From Chloroflexota bacterium (GTDB lineage Bacteria; Chloroflexota; Chloroflexia; Thermomicrobiales; UBA6265), in contig JAEZJB010000079.1 in the NCBI GenBank assembly GCA_023415845.1, positions 1 through 33,469 of the forward strand: a stretch of DNA of 33,469 nt, read 5' to 3'. The translations under genes were made by a program, and so were the position numbers. Below the pieces are notes generated by a model. The model was not told where the DNA came from, did not search any database, and saw only the letters and a list, made by a program, of their open reading frames with translations. Shown piece after piece: positions 8,891 to 16,301 of the stretch (its first letter is position 1; each line of letters begins with the position of its first letter).

Positions 8891-9585
8891 GTTCGGCTCC
8901 GCAGGGAATACCGGTAGCCCACACCCCAGACCGTCTCGATGGATTGCCCGCCAGGACCGAGCTTCTTTCGCAACCGCTGGATGTGGCTGTCTACCGTTCG
9001 GTCGAAGACTACCGATTCATCGCCCCAGACCTCTTCGAGGAGGAACTCGCGGCTGAAGACCCGGCCCGGATTCGCCGCAAGGAGTCGCAGCAACGAAAAC
9101 TCCGTCGCGGTGAGGGTGACCTCCTGACCATCGACCGCGACCGTGTGCGCGCTGACGTCAACGGTCAGTCCCGGATGCGAAATAATCTCAACCGCCTGCT
9201 CGGTAGAGGAAAACTGGCGGATGCGTTCGGCCCGCCGAAGGATGGCTCCGACTCTCGCCTGCAGTTCGCGCATCGAGAATGGCTTCGTCAGGTAGTCGTC
9301 GGCACCGAGTTCCAACCCGAGCACCTTGTCGAGTTCGGTTGAGCGCGCCGTCAGCATCAGGATGGGAACCGACGACACCTGCCGCACGCGCCGCAGCACC
9401 TCGATACCATCGAATCCCGGCAGCATCACGTCCAGCAGGATGATGTCCGGATCGACCCGGGCCGCTAGTTCCACTGCCTGGGGACCATCGCCTGCCAGCG
9501 AGACGGTGTGTCCCGCAGCCTCCATCTCCCGCGTCACCAGCGAGGCCAACTCTGCCTCGTCTTCAACTACCAGTACGTGCGCCAC
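8887..9585 (-). CDS. OmpR/PhoB-family response regulator
   Basis: Receiver domain (VLVVEDE..., DIILLDVMLPGFDG, LMLTAR, KPF) plus a winged-helix C-terminus (LTATEFSLLRLLAANPGRVFSRE...VWGVGYR). GTG start with AGGAGA upstream. Confidence 0.9.
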   Translation of the reverse strand: MAHVLVVEDEAELASLVTREMEAAGHTVSLAGDGPQAVELAARVDPDIILLDVMLPGFDGIEVLRRVRQVSSVPILMLTARSTELDKVLGLELGADDYLTKPFSMRELQARVGAILRRAERIRQFSSTEQAVEIISHPGLTVDVSAHTVAVDGQEVTLTATEFSLLRLLAANPGRVFSREFLLEEVWGDESVVFDRTVDSHIQRLRKKLGPGGQSIETVWGVGYRYSLRSRT

Positions 9586-9626
9586 GGATTCTCCTGAACA
9601 TCCTTCTGCGGGGGATACATGACGTG

Positions 9627-9788
9627 CTACGCGGCATCCGGAACGTCAATCGCCTTTCCGCCCTCGATCACGCGAAGCTGAGGAGGAGTTGCTGCTGGAG
9701 CCGATTCCTCCAGCAGGAGCGGGGCGAACGCGAGTACCGCAAACACGATCACCACGAGACCAATAATTCCTGAAAGTACCAGACTCAT
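9627..9788 (-). CDS. Unlisted 53-aa single-TM small protein upstream of the two-component operon
   Basis: My manual translation gives MSLVLSGIIGLVVIVFAVLAFAPLLLEESAPAATPPQLRVIEGGKAIDVPDAA*. GAAAGGA lies 10 nt upstream of the ATG. The ORF ends 41 nt before the response-regulator start on the same strand. At 53 aa it is shorter than every ORF in the track, which lists nothing below 60 aa. Confidence 0.4.
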   Translation of the reverse strand: MSLVLSGIIGLVVIVFAVLAFAPLLLEESAPAATPPQLRVIEGGKAIDVPDAA

Positions 9789-9942
9789 TCCAGTGTGTCC
9801 TTTCGCAACCAGCGCGCAGCGTCCGTCGATCCGCTCCGGTCACGCTCATCTGGAATCAGTCTGGCGACACGATGTTACACAGCACCGGGAAGCTGATGGC
9901 AATCGCGTGAAAAAGTATGGAGAAATTGTGGCGACGCCTGGC

Positions 9943-11337
9943 TCAGGGCAACAACCCGCCCAGCGAGGTCACCTCTTCCCGAATCTCGTCGGGCATCGTC
10001 ACCAGGCGCATCAGGCTGGTCTGGTCAAGAAATTCGCCCGATACCCAGCCGCTTTGACCCTCCACGCGCACTGGCCACCAGGTGATCCCCTCACTTTCGG
10101 TCGGCAATCCCGTGATCGACACCTCATTCCTCGCGCTCAGCGTGGTCCGGATCGGCGCATCCGTCGATGGATTCTCCCGCAGGTTGAGTCCATCGGAAAT
10201 CACTTTGCTTTGTGTCCACGGCAGAGTGTCGATCGCCAGTTCCATCAACCCATTCGAGACGACGGGCACGTTCAGCAGCAGGATCGCTGCCAAGACGGCG
10301 AGGGGGATCATCAATCGACGAGATAATCGCAGGGGCAATGTTGCGCACCACCTTATTAGCCACACGAATACTCTTCCAAACCACCGCATGATGGAGTCGA
10401 AAGCGCCCGGTCCGACCGCTTTCGCCGGAGGCTCGACAGGCGTCCGCCGAGGCGGAACCGGCGACACGACCACAGTCTGACTTCGGCGGCGTCGCCCCTG
10501 GCCCCGATCGATGGCGTCCAGCATCGCCCCCGCCGAAGCGAAGCGATGGTCGGGCTCCTTGGCCAGCGCCCGGTCGAGCACATCGTCGGCCCAGGGCGGA
10601 AGCTCGCTGCGGAACGTCGATGGCGGGGGCGCATCATCATAGCGGTGAGCGTCCAGCAGGTATGCGTGCTCCGCCTCCCCTGTCAGCCCTTCAGCGACAA
10701 ACGGAGGTCTGCCGGTAAGCATTTCGAACAGCACACAACCAAGGGCATAAACATCCGTTCTCGCATCCACCGGCAGCTGGTCGATTTGCTCGGGCGCAAT
10801 GTACGCAGCCGTTCCCAGCCGATCGATTTGCCGGTCGGCGAACTCGTGGGCGAGACCCAGATCGATCAACTTCACACGATTCCGCGTGGTAATCATGATG
10901 TTCTGGGGTTTGACATCGAGATGCACGATCTGGAACTGATGCAAATGATCGAGGCCTGCCACCGCTCCCCGTGTTAGTCGAATCGCCTCTGCCACGGACA
11001 GCGGAGATCGCTCGGCGAGCAAGAGTTTCAGGTTGTTTCCGTCCACGTATTCGAGGAAAAGCCACCCTTCGGTGTCAGCGATCGAGCGCACCACATTGGA
11101 GTGGTCCGCGATCGAGCTCATCCGTTGCTCGCGCTCGAACCTTCGGATCGCCTCCGGGTCATTGGCGAGTTCAGGCCGGAGGCGCTTGGCGGCAATTGGG
11201 TCACCGGACACGAGGTCACGCCCGGCGTAGACGAGCGAGATCCCGCCAGCACCCAGGGGTTCATCGAGCCGCACCTCGAATCGGTCCTCGATCAGGAGTG
11301 GAGTCGCTATTGGTTGGGCAACGGTCGTCTTGGCCAT
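9943..11337 (-). CDS. Hanks-type Ser/Thr protein kinase with one TM and an extracellular SH3b domain
   Basis: LGAGGISLVYAG, IAAKRL, HLDVKPQNIMI, DLGLA, GTAAYIAPEQ; TM MIPLAVLAAILLLNVPVV; C-terminal ISDGLNLRENPSTDAPI...GWVSGEFL. The start is ambiguous: ATG at 11337 (MAKTTV) or the listed 11430. Confidence 0.85.
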   Translation of the reverse strand: MAKTTVAQPIATPLLIEDRFEVRLDEPLGAGGISLVYAGRDLVSGDPIAAKRLRPELANDPEAIRRFEREQRMSSIADHSNVVRSIADTEGWLFLEYVDGNNLKLLLAERSPLSVAEAIRLTRGAVAGLDHLHQFQIVHLDVKPQNIMITTRNRVKLIDLGLAHEFADRQIDRLGTAAYIAPEQIDQLPVDARTDVYALGCVLFEMLTGRPPFVAEGLTGEAEHAYLLDAHRYDDAPPPSTFRSELPPWADDVLDRALAKEPDHRFASAGAMLDAIDRGQGRRRRSQTVVVSPVPPRRTPVEPPAKAVGPGAFDSIMRWFGRVFVWLIRWCATLPLRLSRRLMIPLAVLAAILLLNVPVVSNGLMELAIDTLPWTQSKVISDGLNLRENPSTDAPIRTTLSARNEVSITGLPTESEGITWWPVRVEGQSGWVSGEFLDQTSLMRLVTMPDEIREEVTSLGGLLP

Positions 11338-11529
11338 TGATCGGTCCGGGGATTCCCTGAATGCCACACGGCGCTCGCTGCCTTCGCGGTCGCTCGTATG
11401 TTCTGTTCGTACTCTAGCAGAGTCGCCCACCGCGACCGGGAAGCGCTGTCACCCACCTCCAGCGTCACGCCGATCGTCACGAATGCTGGTCAGCATTACT
11501 ACAGGTGCGGATCTTCTCCCGCTTGTGCG

Positions 11530-11558
11530 TTGCTCAGTCTCATCCCGACGGCTATGAT
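11530..11558 (+). promoter_or_regulatory. Putative promoter of the isomerase/oxidoreductase operon
   Basis: TTGCTC (11530-11535), a 17-nt spacer, then TATGAT (11553-11558), 41 nt upstream of the ATG at 11599. Confidence 0.35.
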
Positions 11559-11598
11559 GCCCGCAAGTCAGCTATTCGACGCAGTGAAAGGACTTCGC

Positions 11599-12561
11599 AT
11601 GAAGATTGGTGTCTTTACCGTGCTCTTCGCCAATCGCCCGTTCGAAGAAGCGCTCGACTATATCGCTGCTGCCGGTGTTGAGGCTGTTGAAATCGGGACC
11701 GGGGGCGCACCCGGCAACGCCCACTGTGACGTCGATGCGTTGCTGGACAACGCGGCGGCCCAGCGCGACTACCTCAATCTGATCACGAGCCGTGGATTGG
11801 AGATCAGTGCCCTCTCCTGCCACGGAAATCCCCTGCATCCCAACAAGGAGATGGCCCGCAAGGACGATGAGGCCTATCGGAAGACGGTGCGCCTTGCGTC
11901 GCAACTCGGTGTCCAGAACGTCATCACGTTCTCCGGCTGCCCGGGCGATTCCGAGTCCGCGAGGTACCCAAACTGGGTGACCTGTCCCTGGCCGACCGAC
12001 TACGCCGACCTCCTCGAATGGCAGTGGAATGAGGTCGCGACGCCGTACTGGAAGGACGCCTCGGCGTTCGCTGCCAACAACGGCGTACGGGTGGCAATCG
12101 AACTCCACCCCGGCTTCCTTGGGTATCACACCGAGTCGTTCTGGCGTCTCCGCGACATCGGCGGCGAGACGATCGGCGTCAACTTCGACCCGTCCCATCT
12201 ATTCTGGCAGGGCATGGACCCGCTGGTCTGCGCGCGGGAGCTGAAGGACGCCATCTTCCACGTCCACATGAAGGACACCTGGCTCGACCAGCCCAACATC
12301 AGGCGCAATGGCGTGCTTGATACCAAGCAGTACACCGACGAAGTGCACCGATCGTGGATCTTCCGGACCGTGGGATATGGACACGGGCAGGAGTGGTGGC
12401 GGTCGTTTGTATCGGAACTCCGCCTGGCCGGGTATGATGGCGTGCTCTCCATCGAGCATGAGGATTCGTTGATGAGCATCAACGAAGGCTTCACCCGTGC
12501 GGTCGAGTTCCTGAAGGAAGTCGTCATTCGCGAAACTCCCGGCGAGGCCTGGTGGGTGTAG
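11599..12561 (+). CDS. Sugar phosphate isomerase/epimerase (xylose-isomerase-like TIM barrel)
   Basis: I chose the internal ATG at 11599, which has GAAAGGA 7 nt upstream. MKIGVFT...AAAGVEAVEIG, VAIELHPG, NFDPSHLFWQG, HVHMKD and LSIEHED are typical AP-endonuclease-2/xylose-isomerase-like TIM motifs. Confidence 0.8.
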   Translation: MKIGVFTVLFANRPFEEALDYIAAAGVEAVEIGTGGAPGNAHCDVDALLDNAAAQRDYLNLITSRGLEISALSCHGNPLHPNKEMARKDDEAYRKTVRLASQLGVQNVITFSGCPGDSESARYPNWVTCPWPTDYADLLEWQWNEVATPYWKDASAFAANNGVRVAIELHPGFLGYHTESFWRLRDIGGETIGVNFDPSHLFWQGMDPLVCARELKDAIFHVHMKDTWLDQPNIRRNGVLDTKQYTDEVHRSWIFRTVGYGHGQEWWRSFVSELRLAGYDGVLSIEHEDSLMSINEGFTRAVEFLKEVVIRETPGEAWWV

Positions 12562-12610
12562 CACCGTTCGGCGGGCCAAAGCACGCGGAAATCATTGAAA
12601 GGAATCATCT

Positions 12611-13780
12611 ATGAGTGAGATTGGTGTTGGGCTGGTCGGTTACAAGTTCATGGGCCGCGCCCACTCGAACGCCTATCGGCAGGTTGCCCACTTTTTCGAC
12701 GTCGATCCGGTCCCGGTGATGCGCGCAATTTGTGGGCGAGACGAAGAGGCGACCAAACGAGCCGCCGCGCAGCTTGGCTGGGAGAGCTACGAAACCGACT
12801 ACCACAAGCTGGTTGCACGCGATGACATCGGTCTCGTCGATGTCTCCACGCCCGGCTACACGCACCACGATGTGGTGATCGCCGCACTGGAGGCCGGCAA
12901 GCACGTCCTGTGCGAAAAGCCACTCGCCAATACACTGTCCGAAGCGCGTGACATGCTGCTGGCCGCCCGCAAGGCCGGCACCATCAACATGATCAATTTC
13001 AACTATCGTCGGGTTCCGGCTGTGGCACTCGCCAGGCAGCTGATCGAGTCCGGCAAGCTCGGGCAGATCCGACACTGGCGAGCCGTCTACCTGCAGGGGT
13101 GGCTGGTCAACGAAAATGCTCCCCTCACGTGGCGCATGAACAAGGATCTGGCCGGGTCCGGCGCATTGGGCGACATCGGGGCGCACATCCTCGACCTCTC
13201 CCACTACCTGGTCGGCAACGTGACCGAGGTCGTTGGCACGCTCGACACCTTCGTCAAGCAGCGGCCTGTCGAGGTCCAGAATTCTGGTGGTTCGGGGTTG
13301 AGCTGGCAGGCGGGTTCGGAGCTCGGCGACGTCACCGTCGACGATTCGACAACGTTCCTTGCCAGGTTCGACAACGGTGCCACAGGCACCTTTGAAGCGA
13401 CTCGCATGGCAACGGGTCGGCAGAACTACAACAGCTTCGAGATCAATGGCTCCCTGGGCAGCATCGTCTTCAACCTCGAGCGCCTCAACGAGTTGCAGGT
13501 CTTTTTCCGCGACGATGAAGACGGCGTCCAGGGCTTCCGCACCATCAATGTCACGTCAGGCGCCGATCCCTATACGGCAGCATGGTGGCCGGCTGGGCAC
13601 ATCATTGGCTGGGAGCACACGCACGTCCATGTGGTGAAGGACCTGCTCGACGGCATCCGTACCGGCGTGAATCCATACCCCTCATTCGAGGACGGATACC
13701 GCAACCAGGCGGTGCTGGAAGCAGTCATTCGCAGCACCGAGACGCGCACCTGGGAAAAGCCGGAACCACTCCCCGCCTGA
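12611..13780 (+). CDS. Gfo/Idh/MocA-family NAD(P)-dependent oxidoreductase
   Basis: N-terminal Rossmann IGVGLVGYKFMGRAHS, the EKPLA motif (VLCEKPLANT), and a C-terminal alpha/beta dimerisation domain. Confidence 0.85.
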   Translation: MSEIGVGLVGYKFMGRAHSNAYRQVAHFFDVDPVPVMRAICGRDEEATKRAAAQLGWESYETDYHKLVARDDIGLVDVSTPGYTHHDVVIAALEAGKHVLCEKPLANTLSEARDMLLAARKAGTINMINFNYRRVPAVALARQLIESGKLGQIRHWRAVYLQGWLVNENAPLTWRMNKDLAGSGALGDIGAHILDLSHYLVGNVTEVVGTLDTFVKQRPVEVQNSGGSGLSWQAGSELGDVTVDDSTTFLARFDNGATGTFEATRMATGRQNYNSFEINGSLGSIVFNLERLNELQVFFRDDEDGVQGFRTINVTSGADPYTAAWWPAGHIIGWEHTHVHVVKDLLDGIRTGVNPYPSFEDGYRNQAVLEAVIRSTETRTWEKPEPLPA

Positions 13781-13813
13781 CATTGAGCTGGCCAGGAAAC
13801 TGGTATCCGAAAG

Positions 13814-13843
13814 AACGGGCGGCATCGAAGGATGGCGCCCGTT
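13814..13843. terminator. Stem-loop between convergent genes
   Basis: AACGGGCG (13814-13821) pairs with CGCCCGTT (13836-13843) around a 14-nt loop, followed by ATT. It lies between the gene ends at 13780 (+) and 13868 (-). Confidence 0.4.
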
Positions 13844-13867
13844 ATTCCGGTTCATCCAGACGCGACC

Positions 13868-16159
13868 CTACGACCTTGCCCGGCGGCGATTACGCCGAGC
13901 CTCTTCTACCCGAGACTGCTCATCATCAGTCAACAGGGCAGCTGCCCGATGCGGATCGGGATCGACTGCGGCGAGAATGGCAATGTCGTTGTCGCGAGCA
14001 AGGGCGGCTCGAATGCGGCGCAGGTGGGCAAACCGCACCACCTGCGTCTCCATCTCATTCACGCGTTCCGGGCCACCAAGTCGGGGATCCTGCTCCAGTC
14101 CAAGGGCTCGAATGGTCGGAAGCAAGTGCGCCAGGCGTGCATGGTCTGGTGGCTGGGCGTCAGCCGCAGCGATGAGGTCCTCGATCACCGAAACTCGCTC
14201 AACCACCTGCTGGATACGGTCCCACAACGATCGGTCCTCGATCCTCGCGCCAATCCGCTCAACCGCATTCAGCGCCGAAATCACCGCTCCGTCATCGTTG
14301 CTGTCCAGCGCAGCGGTGAGCACGTCGAGCGCCTTTCGCCCCTCGATCGAGCGGAGCATTCGCCGCCGTTCACCAGCGCTCAAACGTTCGATCGCCCCGT
14401 AGGGCGGGTCGATCAGGAGTTCGCTGAGCCGATCCGGGTTTCTCCGTTTGAGCGCAGCCCGTGCCTCGCTCAGCCAGGCGATCCGCTCGCGCGCCAACTG
14501 GACCCGATCGAACAGGTCGAGCAGTTCCGGGTCCCCTTCATCAAACAACTCGGCGTCCCACGCCTCCAGGATCAGGCGATCGTCGTCGGTCTCGAATGCG
14601 CGGCGTAACGCGGGCTTCTCAAGTGATTGAAGCACCGTGCGCAACGTGGCTCGATCCGTGTCGCCAAGCACCACCAGCCTCCCCGAGACGGCGAGGTCCG
14701 CCAATGCATGTTCGTCGTTCGCTGCCAACGCCGCTTCCAGGGCCGACTTTACTTCCAGACGCTCCTGCGCTGTGCGAGCCAGCGCCCGGGCCTGTCCCGT
14801 CATCGGGACGAGACGTTGTTCCCATTCGTCGCCGATCGCGACAACCCCGGCGTCTCGACCGGCCTCTGCCTCGGCCTGGAGACGTCGCTGGTATCCGGCG
14901 GCGATCAAGTCCTCCACATCGGCCCGCAGCAGCATCGCACGCGGATCATCAGCCAGTTCCGACCAGAGGCGAATGACTTCGGCTTCGTTCCCCTCTTCCA
15001 ACGCTAACTGGAGCTCGCTGATGTGGTGACTGGGATCAGCCGGCCGAATGGGTTCAGGAGGCACCTCCACCGGACGCCACATCCGATCCCACAAGTCGTC
15101 GGTTGCGTTTTGAGCAGGCGTTGACGGGGCCACGGCAGGCGACGTCCATGACGTTGTCACCTCATCCTCTGCTGGCGCTCCCCAGGCAGTCTGCGGCTTC
15201 CCCCAGGTCGAGAATGTTTGCGGCTGGGTCAGTGCTGAAGGGACGCGGAGGTTCGGCACGACGTGCAGGGCATCGACCAACTCGGATCGGCCGCCGGTGA
15301 GAGCTGCTTCAAGCCCGTCCAGCAAACGTTGAGTCAACGGTCGGGCGTGATGACGGGCTTCGGCCAGGGCCAGCGACCGATGCGGATCCTGCAGGTCATA
15401 CGCACTGAACAGCAACGTTCCGTCGGGCCGATGCGGCGCGTCGCCGAAGCGCGCCCTCAATCCGGGATTGTCGGCAATCGCACGCAGCGAAGCCTGCATC
15501 ACCAGCATCGCGAAGCTGTCTCGCTCGATGGCATCTTCTTCGAACTGCTTCACCGTGTATCCGGCATGTCCGCCGGGACCAGGCCCGAATGGAGCCCCGG
15601 TCCAGGTTGCGCTGTCGAGATCCACCAGCACGACCTGGCCATCGGTGCGCACCATCACGTTCTGAGCGGTCAGATCACCGTGAATAAACCCGATCGGTTC
15701 CAGATCGTTCCACATCTGAACCAGACCAGTCGCGAGGGCGCCGATCACATCGGCATTGCCAGCCCGTGCGGCGCGATCGATCGCGCTCAGCAACGTCGGC
15801 CCACCAATCCATTCCATGAGCTGGGCGGCCCGCGCGCTCGGCACGAGATCCCGGATCGGTCCCGAGGTCGCCGACAGCCGGCGGATGCCGAGAGGCAGTC
15901 TCCGCACACCCTCCACGACCTGCATCGACGCTATGGCACTGTAACGTACACTCCAGTCGCCAGCCTCCGGGCCGGATGCTAGGATACGAAGTGCAACAGT
16001 CCGCCCATTGTGTTGTTTCATCTGGGCGACGAGTGCATTGCTCCCCGCAACCACCCGTGCGCGACCCGCTGAGTCCCGTACCGGAGTAAGGCCCAACGCC
16101 TCCAGCGCAGGCACACGTGGTTGTTCCAGAACGTTCTGCAGGTCAGCGAGTGTACGCAT
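13868..16159 (-). CDS. Atypical protein-kinase-like (PKL) fold protein fused to a Pro/Trp-rich linker and ~7 degenerate helical repeats
   Basis: Catalytic-loop-like FIHGDLTAQNVMV (res 158-170) and LVDLDSA (res 178-184). The hinge-like segment is LMEWIGGPTL. No TM is evident. The C-terminal ~400 aa carries repeated L..AL...(N/D)D...I(L)...W/V modules. Confidence 0.7.
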   Translation of the reverse strand: MRTLADLQNVLEQPRVPALEALGLTPVRDSAGRARVVAGSNALVAQMKQHNGRTVALRILASGPEAGDWSVRYSAIASMQVVEGVRRLPLGIRRLSATSGPIRDLVPSARAAQLMEWIGGPTLLSAIDRAARAGNADVIGALATGLVQMWNDLEPIGFIHGDLTAQNVMVRTDGQVVLVDLDSATWTGAPFGPGPGGHAGYTVKQFEEDAIERDSFAMLVMQASLRAIADNPGLRARFGDAPHRPDGTLLFSAYDLQDPHRSLALAEARHHARPLTQRLLDGLEAALTGGRSELVDALHVVPNLRVPSALTQPQTFSTWGKPQTAWGAPAEDEVTTSWTSPAVAPSTPAQNATDDLWDRMWRPVEVPPEPIRPADPSHHISELQLALEEGNEAEVIRLWSELADDPRAMLLRADVEDLIAAGYQRRLQAEAEAGRDAGVVAIGDEWEQRLVPMTGQARALARTAQERLEVKSALEAALAANDEHALADLAVSGRLVVLGDTDRATLRTVLQSLEKPALRRAFETDDDRLILEAWDAELFDEGDPELLDLFDRVQLARERIAWLSEARAALKRRNPDRLSELLIDPPYGAIERLSAGERRRMLRSIEGRKALDVLTAALDSNDDGAVISALNAVERIGARIEDRSLWDRIQQVVERVSVIEDLIAAADAQPPDHARLAHLLPTIRALGLEQDPRLGGPERVNEMETQVVRFAHLRRIRAALARDNDIAILAAVDPDPHRAAALLTDDEQSRVEEARRNRRRARS

Positions 16160-16301
16160 CTTTCGTCTGATCCTCTCGCTGCCAACCTGGGCTGGCTGGC
16201 AAACGTAACGGCGTTATCTCCCCATCCGTTCGAACGATTGTAGTCACACGCTTCGAACCGGGAGCTACCCAGGCCGGAACCAGTCGAAAGGGAAGAAACC
16301 C

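Noticed and set aside
9646-9849. 67-aa minus-strand ORF listed in the track
   Set aside because: It gives an Arg/Gly/Ser-rich translation with no SD. A different frame on the same strand gives a clean SD-preceded single-TM peptide (9627-9788).
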